DNA of 64,000 bases from Armatimonadota bacterium. GTDB taxonomy: Bacteria > Armatimonadota > UBA5829 > DTJY01. Positions 20,630-31,183 of this stretch are shown piece by piece. The notes beneath the pieces were generated by a model. The model had not been told where the DNA came from. It searched no databases and saw nothing but the letters and a program-made list of their open reading frames with translations. Every line of letters starts with the position of its first letter. Positions within the stretch are counted from its first letter, which is position 1. The stretch lies in the NCBI GenBank assembly GCA_035528905.1, contig DATKXU010000109.1:7279-71278 (forward strand), in the 5' to 3' direction. Position numbers and translations under genes: made by a program.

Positions 20630-20755
20630 GCCCGAATCTCCTTAGGAAAGTTTTCGCGGTCGGGAATGTCCGCCGCATAGGTCAACATGAGAGCCAATAT
20701 ATGCCAAGGAAGCGCCGATGTCAACAGGCACTCGAAGCTCCCTGGGGTGTGAATC

Positions 20756-21613
20756 CTATCCGCCGGCTGCGTCCATGACCACGCGATAGTTCCCCCGGAT
20801 TGTGGAAATCGCCTCGCTGAGACTTGCTGCTTCGAAACGCGCCTCGTACATGAACGGGCCGGGATATCCCACCTGCCGCAGGGCGTAGACTAGGCCAGGC
20901 CAGTCAATCGTCCCTCGCATTGGGAGCCAGTGCCTCTCAGTCCCGTCATAATCGGAGATGTGAAGAGTGAATATGCGAGGCCCCAGCAAATGAACAGCCG
21001 GCAACAGATGCTCCGGCGGAAAGACATGGTTGACATCAATGCACACGCCCACGTTCGGGCGTTCAATCAACTTCAGAAGCTCGAGAAGCTCTGAAGCGCT
21101 ATTTCCGAGATTAGGCGGAGGAAGGAGCTCCAGCGCCAAGCTGACACCCAGGTCCGCGCAGTAGTCGGCGATTTCCGCGATGCTCGCTGCGCTCGCCCGA
21201 ATGCGCTCGGGCGGATTGGCCTGCGGGCCGGCGTGGACTACAAGCGTCCGCCCGCCGAACCTCGACAGCAAGCTCGCCGCCGAGGAACACGCGCGTACCG
21301 CCTCTCGGCGGACGGCCTCGCCCGGCGATGAAGGATCACAGGGCGGAGCGTGCTGCGAAAAGATCAGACCGGCCGCGGCAAGCCGATCCAGAGGCTCACT
21401 TACCCGCGCGTCCCACAGTACCTGACTGTGCCATAATTCAACCGATCTTATCTCTGAGCCGAGAATCAGGTCGGCTACCTCGTCGAAGTGCGCGCGCACA
21501 GCTTCCGCATGCTCAGGCGGGCAATCAGCACCTTCCAGGATCCCGAACAGCTCAGGCGGCGCTATAGCGTTAAGCGACCATGAGGAGATTCCGAGTGGCA
21601 GTTTCGATATCAT
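20756..21613 (-). CDS. sugar phosphate isomerase/epimerase (xylose-isomerase-like TIM barrel)
   Basis: VCIDVNHVF...TLHISDYDG..HWLPMRGTIDW are metal-ligand motifs of the AP_endonuc_2 / TIM-barrel family. Confidence 0.85.
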   Translation of the reverse strand: MISKLPLGISSWSLNAIAPPELFGILEGADCPPEHAEAVRAHFDEVADLILGSEIRSVELWHSQVLWDARVSEPLDRLAAAGLIFSQHAPPCDPSSPGEAVRREAVRACSSAASLLSRFGGRTLVVHAGPQANPPERIRASAASIAEIADYCADLGVSLALELLPPPNLGNSASELLELLKLIERPNVGVCIDVNHVFPPEHLLPAVHLLGPRIFTLHISDYDGTERHWLPMRGTIDWPGLVYALRQVGYPGPFMYEARFEAASLSEAISTIRGNYRVVMDAAGG

Positions 21614-22620
21614 TCCAGCCTCCTAGAAAACGCCGCTTGCCGGGCGGTCTCAATGAGCTTCTCGATCTCCGCGAGAGTGAATCCGAACTTCTCTATTATC
21701 AGGGCATACTCGTCGGTCAACGTCACTCCGCACACGGTAGGGTCGTCGGTATTGACGGTGATCGGCACGCCGCTCTCATACAACCGCCGGACCGGATGGC
21801 TTTCGAGCGATTCCACAGCGCGAGTGAGTACATTGCTGGTCGGGCAGATTTCGAGAGTCACTCCGCGATCCACCGCAAGGCGAAGCACATCCGCATCCTG
21901 AACGATGCGCACGCCATGGCCGATCCGCGCCGCCCCCAAATGCTCGATCGCGCCCCGAATGCTCTCCGGGCCGTCTTCCTCCCCGGCGTGGACGGTGATC
22001 CCAAGCCCGGCACGGCGCGCCATTGCGAACGGCTCCGCAAACATCTCCGGCGGAAAGCCGGATTCCCTGCCGGACAAATCCAGGCCCACTACGCCGCGAT
22101 CGGCGTAGTCGAGCGCCAGGCGTGCGATCTCCTCGGGCGAGGGCCACGGCACGCCCATCGTCTTGGACGACAGATGCCGGCTGATGCTCACGATCAGGTT
22201 CACCGCGACCGGATACCTGCGCGCCGCCAGCCCGACCCCCTCAACGATGCCGTCCATCACATCGGTAAGCGCCAGGCGGCGGTGGAAAGCCATGAACTCC
22301 GGGCTGAAGCGAAGCTCCAGGTAACGCACATTATCGCGCCAGGCATCCTCGACGGCTTCGTAGGCTATTCTGGCAACGGCTTTCTTATCCACAAAGCAAA
22401 GCTTGATGATCCTGAATGGGAGAAAGAAGCCATCGAGGTCATCCGCGGGCCTGCTTAGTCGAATCAGGGCGGAGAGGTCGTCGGTGTCATAGGTCGGGAG
22501 CTCGATGCGATGGGCGCGGCATATCTCGGCCACCGTACCGGGGCGAACCGCACCTTCGAGGTGGCGATGTAGATCGGCCTTGTGCAGCGCCGCCAAAGCA
22601 GTTCTAAGGTCGGTGGACAT
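21610..22620 (-). CDS. add: adenosine deaminase
   Basis: DLHRHLEGAVRP, TVHAGE, RIGHG, CPTSN and VNTDDP motifs. Confidence 0.92.
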   Translation of the reverse strand: MSTDLRTALAALHKADLHRHLEGAVRPGTVAEICRAHRIELPTYDTDDLSALIRLSRPADDLDGFFLPFRIIKLCFVDKKAVARIAYEAVEDAWRDNVRYLELRFSPEFMAFHRRLALTDVMDGIVEGVGLAARRYPVAVNLIVSISRHLSSKTMGVPWPSPEEIARLALDYADRGVVGLDLSGRESGFPPEMFAEPFAMARRAGLGITVHAGEEDGPESIRGAIEHLGAARIGHGVRIVQDADVLRLAVDRGVTLEICPTSNVLTRAVESLESHPVRRLYESGVPITVNTDDPTVCGVTLTDEYALIIEKFGFTLAEIEKLIETARQAAFSRRLE

Positions 22621-22664
22621 AGCGGCGCCATTATAGCACCCAGAAGATGCGTATTGCGAGTAGT

Positions 22665-22681
22665 GGCGGGGTCACCCCGCC
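22665..22681 (-). terminator. GC-rich hairpin (GGCGGGG-TCA-CCCCGCC) downstream of the 22703 gene
   Basis: 7-bp perfect stem, 22 nt after the minus-strand stop codon. No clear U-run. Confidence 0.4.
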
Positions 22682-22702
22682 CATTGGAGCGTCGCCTGCG
22701 TG

Positions 22703-24826
22703 TCACAGCACGTGGAGCAGCTTGAGCGACAGGCGGCTCTTTGTGGAAGGAGCGTTCGGATCGCCCCAGATGAAGAAGATATCCGTGCCCCGGCGAAGCT
22801 CCTGGCGGTAGGCAAGAAACACGTTCGCATCGCCCTCAAGAGCCCGCAGACTCAGGTATAGGCTCTTCTCCGGGGTAATGTCGTAGCTGGCGGTTAACCG
22901 GGTCAGGGAGCGATCTACATCATCCTTGCCAAGCGCGTCCGGGTAGTCCATTCTCAGCAACTCGGTGGCTAGCCTGGCGGACCACCGCTCTCCAAGCTTG
23001 AATCCCTGGTCTAGGGATATGAAGCTATAGTCGGCGCCGTCCCGCTTTCCCCAATCGGCACTGACTCCCCCGCTCCTGTATAGATCCTGGCCTCTCCAAC
23101 CGCAGCCGAGACTCCATACCTTGTCCTTGTTCGGCGGGCGACTGTCAAGGAGGTAGGAGACATTTCCGCTGGTGCGGTTTCTGAGCAGAATGCTGCCGCT
23201 GAGCTGGATGCTTCGATTGTAGAGACTCCCGCCGTACCACCTCGTGAATCCTGTGACAAGTGCAGAGCTCCAGCTGCGTATCGGCCCGGTGTCGTAGCGG
23301 TCGTAGTACGAGACCTGACCCCACATGGACCTTGATCCGATCAGGTTGATGTACCCCAAAGGCGATGAGAATGTCGGAGCCCTGTCCTCGTAGCCGACGA
23401 ATCCCTCAAGATGTCCCGGGGCGCGCCACAAATCGCAATAGAGGTTGTACACGTAGCCATCGCGAAGCGTGGCGCGGTCGAAGCTACGGTAGTAATTCGC
23501 GCTCAGGCTTGTCCCACCGCTGCTATATAGTCTGCTTATGCCAGTGACAGCTTTGGCAACTGTGGCGTCCACACCCGGCGCATGGCAGTTGAAGATATGG
23601 GCGCCTGCATCGAACTCGCGGCTGGGCTGCCAGTCGTAGCTCAGGTAGGCACCGCCAAGCTCGTTGACGTCGAAGAACGAAAGGAGACCGAACTGGTGCG
23701 CGCCGACCTTGCCGAATACCTTGCCTCCAACGTCTATCGTTTCCACGTTGCGCGAGGTCAGCAGTTTTTCGTCGCTGAAATACGAATGCCCCTCAGTGAA
23801 GAACGGGCGGTTGTCCGGCAGAGACCTGGGAAGATAGGAGAAATCGACGCTGTCAACGACCTGCTCGATGGTCTCGAAATCAGGCCGGATGGTGAGCGCG
23901 GTGACGACGTTGTTGTCGAATGTGCGCTTGATGTCCATTCCACTTGTAAACCTGCTGCCATCGCCTGTTCCTGCGAGCGCGTACGGCATGTAGATGAATC
24001 CACGCTTTATCACCGGCGTAACCAGTCCCGTCCAGTCGATAGCCTTCCTGGCATCCCACACTTCGCCCATCCTAGGGTACGTGTACCATTCCTGCGCGCG
24101 TGCAAAGCGCCGGTAGAGTACCAGCCCAAAGGTGCTCTGTTCCCGTGGGTAGCGCAAGACGCTGAAGGGAATCTCGATCTCGGCGCACCAGCCGTCGGTA
24201 TTCACCTTGGTACCGACCTTCCAATCGCCCCTCCATTCAATCTTCGAAGCAGTACCCCCTGGAACACTGTTCCATTGTGTGCCCAGGGCGTTGACCGCGA
24301 ACTCGTAGAACGACCGGTGATCGTGCATGCAATCCAGATCAACCTCAACAAGGTCGTCATTCCAGATGCTCCCGCCGCGCTTCTTCTGCTGGGCGCGGAT
24401 TTCCTCCGGCCGGTCGTCCTTGCAGTCGAAGGCAATGTATAACTTTTCCTCGCCGCAGCAGAAATAGGCTACTGTCTCCACAAGGGGAACCTTGCCGAGG
24501 TACTCGAACCCGTTTACCTTCGATGCGACCTTCCAGCAGTCGTCATCCAGCATGCCGTCGATCACGGGTCCGGTATTCACCTTGACGGCCTGGATGATCT
24601 CAGGCCCGGTGGCGAGTTCCACGCGAGGACGAGCTTCCTCACCCCAGGCAGCCCACGCCAAGAGAAGCGCAAGGCCAGCCGCTATGAAATCAGCCGTCAG
24701 AAAGCAAATCGGCCTGGCTCTCAACAAATACACCCCTATATCAATAACACTCCGCCCCGGAAGAAGGTTCGCAGCGATCGCATACCCGCGAAGCCGCTGA
24801 TTCTTTACTATATCGTCTGACGACAT
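22703..24826 (-). CDS. CBM9-like / DUF5916-type putative outer-membrane protein
   Basis: N-terminal KVNTGPVIDGMLDDDCWKVA matches the carbohydrate-binding family 9-like module. The long, Y/G/S-rich, beta-strand-like C-terminal region ends in an aromatic-rich tail. Confidence 0.65.
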   Translation of the reverse strand: MSSDDIVKNQRLRGYAIAANLLPGRSVIDIGVYLLRARPICFLTADFIAAGLALLLAWAAWGEEARPRVELATGPEIIQAVKVNTGPVIDGMLDDDCWKVASKVNGFEYLGKVPLVETVAYFCCGEEKLYIAFDCKDDRPEEIRAQQKKRGGSIWNDDLVEVDLDCMHDHRSFYEFAVNALGTQWNSVPGGTASKIEWRGDWKVGTKVNTDGWCAEIEIPFSVLRYPREQSTFGLVLYRRFARAQEWYTYPRMGEVWDARKAIDWTGLVTPVIKRGFIYMPYALAGTGDGSRFTSGMDIKRTFDNNVVTALTIRPDFETIEQVVDSVDFSYLPRSLPDNRPFFTEGHSYFSDEKLLTSRNVETIDVGGKVFGKVGAHQFGLLSFFDVNELGGAYLSYDWQPSREFDAGAHIFNCHAPGVDATVAKAVTGISRLYSSGGTSLSANYYRSFDRATLRDGYVYNLYCDLWRAPGHLEGFVGYEDRAPTFSSPLGYINLIGSRSMWGQVSYYDRYDTGPIRSWSSALVTGFTRWYGGSLYNRSIQLSGSILLRNRTSGNVSYLLDSRPPNKDKVWSLGCGWRGQDLYRSGGVSADWGKRDGADYSFISLDQGFKLGERWSARLATELLRMDYPDALGKDDVDRSLTRLTASYDITPEKSLYLSLRALEGDANVFLAYRQELRRGTDIFFIWGDPNAPSTKSRLSLKLLHVL

Positions 24827-24916
24827 CTCAACAATAAATGATGCATGGAATCAACAAAAAGTTACACGACGGAGCAGTGGCCGCCGCAGCGGATGCTCTC
24901 GGCAGCCCCACGCCGG

Positions 24917-27709
24917 CTAAGGCATGGAGTACAGTATCACATACTCCTTCACCGGCGAGCCCTGATGCGACAGTGAGTATTCGAATGTGACTGAGTCGGG
25001 GCCGGCCTGGAAATCCACGGGTACTTGGCCGTCTTTCGTCACCGCGAGCACTGAGATTCGCGCCGCGTCGGTCCACTGCTTCGGCCTCAAGGCCGCCATC
25101 GGGCCGGCCGTGGACGATACGGTCCTCAGAATCACGCGGTTCGGCTCGATCGTCTGCACAATATGGCATTCCCGGCCCAGATCGAGGCCGTATAGGCGCG
25201 TCAACACCCCGGCGATGAGTCGGCCTTTCTCGTCAAGGGCCAGGCAGCCTTCCTTCGCAAGGGTATGCGAGCCGTGCTCGAACGCGGAATCTGGGCTGTG
25301 GTTCGCAAAGATGGTAACCATGGGAAACACGGTTTTCGTGACGCTGTCGTTGAGATACTCGAACGATTTCAGCTTCCGCCCAAAATAGAGCAAGCAGACG
25401 GCCTTCTGAAAGGCATCACAGACTTCGCTCTGTTCCCCCGCGCGGCCATACGGGGAGTTCATGTTGTACCCCTTCGCCAGACACCAAGACAGATCACCCT
25501 TCGTCAGCACGTACTGCCCCAGGTCGTGATGGTAAAGAGCCGCGTGCGGCCCGAGGAAATACGTCTCGAGCGGAAAGACCCTCCAGTTTCCTGCGCCGTA
25601 AAAAGCATCCCACTCCCAGCCTTTCATGAACGTGGTGCATGAGAGGCCCAGCTCGATCCCGCAGAAGCCGGATTCGTAGGGCGCCAATCTGTCGAAGCCG
25701 CGCTCGGTCATCAAGGGTATCTTGGCGGACGCCCTCTTCGCATGCTGGATGAGGCCGTGCGTGTACGCCGCCGGGTGAAGAGCGTGCGGGCTGAAGTCGT
25801 ACGTGTGGCTCCTAGCGCCGACCTGATCCTCGAACAGGAGATCTACCTTGCAAGGCCCCGTGAACCCGTTCGCAAGTGCGCGGTTCTTCGCCCGAACCTG
25901 CGGGTGATGCGGCGTCACGGTCACCATGCCCCAGCCCATCCAAAGCCGGCCGTCGGGAGTCTTCGCGCCGACCGCATCGCCGAACTTGCGGTACGACGCC
26001 GACCTCTTGTCCCAGCATGTGGGGTTGATATACGGCATCACCAGGAGGCCGAGCCGGTTCGCGTTGTCCAGATATTCCGCGAAGCCCTGATCTCCGCCGA
26101 ATTCCTCCCTCGGCGGCAGGAAGTCCGGGTAATCGGTATCAAACACGCCGCCGTCCGGACGCCGCCCCGTCTCCGGAGGGTTCCAATAGCAGAGAGGGTG
26201 CAGCAGAACCGGCGAAGGGAGGCTGGAAAGCCCGCGGGCCGACTCCGAGAAAACCTTCGGCTTGTCTCCGCCCCTCTGAGCTATGGCGTCGAAGTTGTAC
26301 ACGAGCAGAACCGACGACCGCAGTTGGTCGAACAGCTTCCCGCCCAGCTTGGCTTCCACTGTCGGTGACCTATCCAGCCCGTTCTCGCTCCAGTATTTCT
26401 CGAATGAATCGAGGGGACTGTGCCCAAAGATAAAGACGATTGACGGGCTGACCCATGATCCTCCCGCGCCCACGAAGGTATTCGTCTCGCGCGTATATTC
26501 CACACGCCGCTTGTCCGGCAGATTTCGGAGCTTCAGCTTCGAACTCCAGAAGATCGGCTCGTCCTGAACCGCATAGATTGAGATCGTCCCTCTCGCGACT
26601 TCCGCCCATGCAAAGTCTGAGAAGGCATCGGACGGGTAGTCCATCCCTAGACTTCGGGCCGTCTTGAAGTAGCCCGGAAGGAGTTCAACGCCGCCCAGCC
26701 TGGGGAGCACCATTCGCCGGAGATTCCGGGCGCCGAGCGCAAGCCCGTCCGGCAGGCGGAAGCATCTAATAGGAGCCGCGCCTACGTTCTTGATAAGCCC
26801 CTTGCAGCGGAAGGAATCCGCGCCGCCGGAGACGACCAGGATCACTTCCAGCTCCTTGCTGAACGTATAGGCGGCCCGAAGCTGCTTGGCCCAGTCGTCC
26901 CACGCATACTCGAACGACGCGGCCTGCGTATTTGGTATGATTTCGCCATCGAACGTAAGCAGAGACCACCATTGTCCGTGCGTCGGCTTCCAGCGAGCCG
27001 CGCGACCGCAGAAATCGAGCGAGATGATCCTTCCCGTCCGCTTGTCAAGCCGCAGCTCGTAGGCAGCACCCTTCAGGCTTATGCTCGATCCACTCTCGGT
27101 GAACCGGACCCCTGCCGACGCGCCGGGATTCAGGGGTTTGGGAATCGCAGGCTGCGCGCTGCATGCCAGGCGCTCGATCCAATCCTTGACCAGCGCGTAC
27201 TCGGCAGTCGGGCGCCGCGGATCCTTGCCCCGGACTCTCATGTTCCGAAGCTGCAGAGAGGCACCCGCGCCCGGCGTGAACAAGCAGAGAACCTTGCCCA
27301 TAGGGAAATCCAGGTAGTAGTTGTCATCGTCGGACCAGGGAGCTAAGAACAGGTCTTCCAGCTTGAATTCGAGCTGCGTCCACTCGCCGGTGCCTTTCAA
27401 GTTGAGCGTCGGCGTGATGTACTCGGCGCCGCTGCCCTCGACGAGGTTGAGGTAAAGCCTGCCGGTCTTGCCTGACGGGACGCGGATGTCCACGGATAAG
27501 GACTCGAACGCGGGAATCGCCATCTCCTGGCAAATCGCGCATTCGGCGGAAAGCTCCAGATAGGATGGCTCGCCCTTCACGACTCGCACCGCAGCCGGGT
27601 TCGATGCCCACGAGGGCATCTTGTCGAACGGCGCCAGGAGAATGTCGTCGGCGTTGGAAACGGATAGTTGGGCCATAACAACGATCGCAAGAAGGAATAT
27701 GAAGCGCAT
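24917..27709 (-). CDS. large secreted protein of unknown function
   Basis: ATG at 27709 follows AGGAGAGTGGAGAAG and gives signal peptide MRFIFLLAIVVMAQLSVSNA. The ORF is open to a GTG at 27736. No family recognised. Confidence 0.7.
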   Translation of the reverse strand: MRFIFLLAIVVMAQLSVSNADDILLAPFDKMPSWASNPAAVRVVKGEPSYLELSAECAICQEMAIPAFESLSVDIRVPSGKTGRLYLNLVEGSGAEYITPTLNLKGTGEWTQLEFKLEDLFLAPWSDDDNYYLDFPMGKVLCLFTPGAGASLQLRNMRVRGKDPRRPTAEYALVKDWIERLACSAQPAIPKPLNPGASAGVRFTESGSSISLKGAAYELRLDKRTGRIISLDFCGRAARWKPTHGQWWSLLTFDGEIIPNTQAASFEYAWDDWAKQLRAAYTFSKELEVILVVSGGADSFRCKGLIKNVGAAPIRCFRLPDGLALGARNLRRMVLPRLGGVELLPGYFKTARSLGMDYPSDAFSDFAWAEVARGTISIYAVQDEPIFWSSKLKLRNLPDKRRVEYTRETNTFVGAGGSWVSPSIVFIFGHSPLDSFEKYWSENGLDRSPTVEAKLGGKLFDQLRSSVLLVYNFDAIAQRGGDKPKVFSESARGLSSLPSPVLLHPLCYWNPPETGRRPDGGVFDTDYPDFLPPREEFGGDQGFAEYLDNANRLGLLVMPYINPTCWDKRSASYRKFGDAVGAKTPDGRLWMGWGMVTVTPHHPQVRAKNRALANGFTGPCKVDLLFEDQVGARSHTYDFSPHALHPAAYTHGLIQHAKRASAKIPLMTERGFDRLAPYESGFCGIELGLSCTTFMKGWEWDAFYGAGNWRVFPLETYFLGPHAALYHHDLGQYVLTKGDLSWCLAKGYNMNSPYGRAGEQSEVCDAFQKAVCLLYFGRKLKSFEYLNDSVTKTVFPMVTIFANHSPDSAFEHGSHTLAKEGCLALDEKGRLIAGVLTRLYGLDLGRECHIVQTIEPNRVILRTVSSTAGPMAALRPKQWTDAARISVLAVTKDGQVPVDFQAGPDSVTFEYSLSHQGSPVKEYVILYSMP

Positions 27710-27732
27710 CTTCTCCACTCTCCTAAGGAATA

Positions 27733-29412
27733 TCACTCATCAGTCGGGTCGTGGCGCTTGTATACCTCGGCCCCGAGCGCGATACCTGCGGCGGAGATCG
27801 CGATAGCGATGCAGCTCGCCGCTATGGCCGGGAGAACGAAACCGAGGCCAAGGGCATGAAGTATTATGGCGACAGCCAGCGGCAGCCCAATCGCCAGCAA
27901 CGCCGCAGACATGCCGAGCGCGCCCGCAATTAACTGCTGAGCCTTGTCGCCGACATCCCGATAGATTATGCCCACGGCAAGCTGCAGGCTGATGCAAGCG
28001 TGCGCAAGAAGGGGCAGCACAAAAGCCGCCGGGACGAGCGGGCTCCCGGACAGGCCGAACGTCGCGCCGACCAGCGCTACCGCCAGCCATACAAATAATG
28101 AGTAAGGTGTCGTACCGGACAGCGTCTCAGCCAGCATGAGCTTCCACGCTCGGATTGGCATGGGCTTCAGGATGTTGGCCTGCTTCACATCAAGCCGCAG
28201 GCTGCGCAGAGAAAACAGCAAGAACAGCCACATCACGTACAGAAGTGCAAGCGCGGCGATTATCCCGGCCTCCCGCGGCGGTATCGCAGTGTGCGTAAAC
28301 GCTACGCGGAGTCCGATAAGCAGCAGCACCGCAAGCAGCAAGATCAACACAATCACGGTACCGGACGTTCTTACGGAGATGTTGGAGTTCTTCCAGAAAA
28401 CGGCGACTGCGCCTCGGCCGAAGGGCGAGATCCAGGTTCGGACACCCCCCGCTTTACGTCTGTTTTTCCATGCCTCAGCCCTGAGTTTGCTGAAGTCCCA
28501 GGTGCAGAAGGCCAGCCTGTACATCGCGTGCCTGACGCTGATGTTCAGCGACGGCTCGTAGGGGTTTTCTTTCCTCGACAGCGTAAGCGCCAATGAAGCG
28601 CCGGCGAGTGCAAACAGCGCGGCGAACTCATAGCCAAAGCCAGGCTTCCAGCCTGCAAACGGGGAGGTCACTAGATCGGTCGTCCACTTCACCGGCAGCA
28701 CGAGAGTTGTGAGAACAGGATGGCGGAGCGTGTGCGTCAGACTGGCCGCAATATCGCCGCTCCGCTGGTAGCCGACAAGAACCCCAACTACTGAGAATAT
28801 GACAATGGCAACCGCGGCCAATCTCACCGCCCACGCGAGCCACCAACGACCGCCGGCCCGGAAGGTAGCAACGAGGTTGACAGTCGTGCAAACGTTTATC
28901 ACCAGAACTGCATACAGCGTAACAGCAGCCCACGCCGCCAGCAGCGATGGACCTCCCCCGGATGACCCAGCGAAGGCGCCGAACATCAACCAGTAGAAAA
29001 TAAGGAAAAAGGTCGCAAACGCAGCCACGGTCACATAGAGCTTGAGCAGCTTGAAGAGCATGATAAGGCGGCAACTGATCGGCACGGGGAAAAGGAAGTC
29101 TATCTCGGCCAAGCCGAACACGATCAGGCTCTGCGAGAACGCCCTCAGAAGCCTGTAGACCAAAACGAGTGTCAGCAACCCGAACACCCCAGCCCATACG
29201 AGCGGCCATACGAAGTCCGGCACCGCCAGGCCGGCCGCAGGCACACCCCTCGGCAATTCCCTGAACTCCCGAGACCCGAGCATCCCCATCTGAAAGAACC
29301 AGAGGATGTACGCCAGCATCAGGAGCGCCGGAATCAGCCTCTTCGGCGACCTGAGGGTGAGCTTCATGTAGTTGACGAACTGTCTGAGCTCAAGATCCAG
29401 CAGCATTTTCAT
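27733..29412 (-). CDS. polytopic membrane protein, putative ABC exporter permease
   Basis: 559 aa with at least 10 hydrophobic helices. Overlaps the upstream ABC ATPase gene by 23 nt. Confidence 0.65.
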   Translation of the reverse strand: MKMLLDLELRQFVNYMKLTLRSPKRLIPALLMLAYILWFFQMGMLGSREFRELPRGVPAAGLAVPDFVWPLVWAGVFGLLTLVLVYRLLRAFSQSLIVFGLAEIDFLFPVPISCRLIMLFKLLKLYVTVAAFATFFLIFYWLMFGAFAGSSGGGPSLLAAWAAVTLYAVLVINVCTTVNLVATFRAGGRWWLAWAVRLAAVAIVIFSVVGVLVGYQRSGDIAASLTHTLRHPVLTTLVLPVKWTTDLVTSPFAGWKPGFGYEFAALFALAGASLALTLSRKENPYEPSLNISVRHAMYRLAFCTWDFSKLRAEAWKNRRKAGGVRTWISPFGRGAVAVFWKNSNISVRTSGTVIVLILLLAVLLLIGLRVAFTHTAIPPREAGIIAALALLYVMWLFLLFSLRSLRLDVKQANILKPMPIRAWKLMLAETLSGTTPYSLFVWLAVALVGATFGLSGSPLVPAAFVLPLLAHACISLQLAVGIIYRDVGDKAQQLIAGALGMSAALLAIGLPLAVAIILHALGLGFVLPAIAASCIAIAISAAGIALGAEVYKRHDPTDE

Positions 29413-30142
29413 CGGCAGCGCTATCCTCGGTCAGCTTGAGGAATACATCCTCGAGAGTGGCATCTTCTCCCATGTGGGCACGACCGTGCAGCTCCTCCAG
29501 TGTGCCTTCCGCGACTTTCCTGCCGCGATCAATGATGAGAATGCGGTCGCACAGCCGCTCCGCTGTGTCGAGCATGTGGGTACTGACGAGAATCGAGCAC
29601 CCGGCCTCTTTGGAAGCGACCATCATGTCCTTCAGCTCGTGGGCGCCCTTCGGGTCTATGCCGATCAGGGGCTCGTCGAGAAGCAGCACCCGGGCATCGT
29701 GTATGAAGGCACACGCGGCCGCCAGCTTCTGCTTCATCCCCTTCGAGAGCGTAAGTACGAGATGGTTTCGCTTCTCCGCAAGATCGAAACGGTCCAGGAG
29801 CGCAGATGCCCGGTCGTCGAACTTGTCCAGCGTGTCGTAGGCCATCGCGATGAAGCGCAGATGCTCGTACACAGTGAGCATCTCATACGGGTTGGGAGTC
29901 TCGGGAACGAAGGCCAGGCTGCGCTTCGCCCGCTGCTCGTTGGCTGCGAGATCGTACCCGTTGACCAATATGCGCCCGGCGTTCGGGCGCACGATTCCGG
30001 CAACGCTGCGGAGTATCGTCGTCTTCCCGGCGCCGTTCGGCCCGAGCAGGCCGAGAATTTCGCCGTCATTCACCTCAAAGCTCATGCCATCTACCGCGAG
30101 CGTCTGCCCATAGTACTTCGTCAATCCCTCGATAACCAGCAT
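29390..30142 (-). CDS. ABC transporter ATP-binding protein
   Basis: Walker A GPNGAGKTT, signature LSKGMKQKL, Walker B LLLDEP. Confidence 0.93.
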   Translation of the reverse strand: MLVIEGLTKYYGQTLAVDGMSFEVNDGEILGLLGPNGAGKTTILRSVAGIVRPNAGRILVNGYDLAANEQRAKRSLAFVPETPNPYEMLTVYEHLRFIAMAYDTLDKFDDRASALLDRFDLAEKRNHLVLTLSKGMKQKLAAACAFIHDARVLLLDEPLIGIDPKGAHELKDMMVASKEAGCSILVSTHMLDTAERLCDRILIIDRGRKVAEGTLEELHGRAHMGEDATLEDVFLKLTEDSAADENAAGS

Positions 30143-31047
30143 CAGAGCACCCTTCTGCTCGGCTTATGCCGAAGGAGGTCCTCATAGAACAGGTATTCCT
30201 GCGCCCACCCGGCATAAGGCCCGAATTTCTGCTGAAAATAACTCGCAATCTGCCGATAGACAGCCGGGGTGAGAGTCTTCTGCTTGAATTCGGGCAGATA
30301 GTACTTGACCGCCGCCCGGCGGATGTGTGTGTCCACCGGGAACGCCTGATCTTTGTCCAGCGAGAAAAGCAGCACGCAGTCCGCGATCTTGAGTCCCACA
30401 CCCTCGATGCCGAGAAGCTCCGCTCTCGCCTCGTCATAGCTCGCCTGGCGGAGCGATTCCAGCCATCCCGCAGGCCGATCCACCAGTTGGCGGGCGACCG
30501 AACCCAGGTTCACGCCCCTGAATCCGAGGCCGCACAGGTTCGCCAGGTCGTCCACGCTCGCGCTCGCGAGGGCCTCGGCAGTCGGAAACGAGTAGTAATC
30601 GTGCCCGTCAACAGCCGCTATCGGCTCTCCGTAATGGCGCGACAAAGCCTCTACCGCCATGGAAATTCTGGGCACGGAGTTCGCTGCGGAGCAGACGTAG
30701 GAGAGCAGAGTCTCCTCCGGCTCCTGCCTCAGCACCCGGAGGCCCTTGAAGCGTTCGACGGCTTCGACTACGTGCCCGTCGGCGCGCGCGAAATCATCAT
30801 ACAGACTTTCAAGCCTTATGTCGAGACGGAAGTAGTCGCTGATAAAGGCGTCGTCCAAGCCGCCGGGGAACAACTCGTAGCGGATGACAGGCCCTTCGCG
30901 CCCGACCCTGACTACTCTCCGCCTGACGACGGCCGTCCATCCGCCCTGATGGTCCTCATGCCAGCGGAACGACTGGCCCGGAGTGAGCGTGTGCGTGAGA
31001 TCCAGCTCATCCGGGCCGATGGATATGCTTCCAGGGGGTTGCCACAT
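30142..31047 (-). CDS. ogg: 8-oxoguanine DNA glycosylase / HhH-GPD family (Ogg type)
   Basis: LTHTLTPGQSFRW (OGG N-terminal domain) and GIEGVGLKIADCVLLF...AFPVDTHI (HhH-GPD). Start set at the ATG at 31047, because the listed 31197 start runs through repeat elements. Confidence 0.8.
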   Translation of the reverse strand: MWQPPGSISIGPDELDLTHTLTPGQSFRWHEDHQGGWTAVVRRRVVRVGREGPVIRYELFPGGLDDAFISDYFRLDIRLESLYDDFARADGHVVEAVERFKGLRVLRQEPEETLLSYVCSAANSVPRISMAVEALSRHYGEPIAAVDGHDYYSFPTAEALASASVDDLANLCGLGFRGVNLGSVARQLVDRPAGWLESLRQASYDEARAELLGIEGVGLKIADCVLLFSLDKDQAFPVDTHIRRAAVKYYLPEFKQKTLTPAVYRQIASYFQQKFGPYAGWAQEYLFYEDLLRHKPSRRVL

Positions 31048-31085
31048 TACTGTTTCCAAAACCACTACTCCTCTTTCTGTTATAT

Positions 31086-31166
31086 GGGAGGGCGATCCGC
31101 CGAAGCCTTGGCGAAGGCGGACTCCCGAGCCGCATTCACCCGGCTCAGCAGGAGCTTCGCCCTCCC
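31086..31166. repeat. 81-nt palindromic element with terminal inverted repeats GGGAGGGCGA / TCGCCCTCCC, copy A
   Basis: TIRs at 31086-31095 and 31157-31166. Related copy at 38980-39066. Confidence 0.8.
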
Positions 31167-31183
31167 GGATGCCCTTTTCGAAC

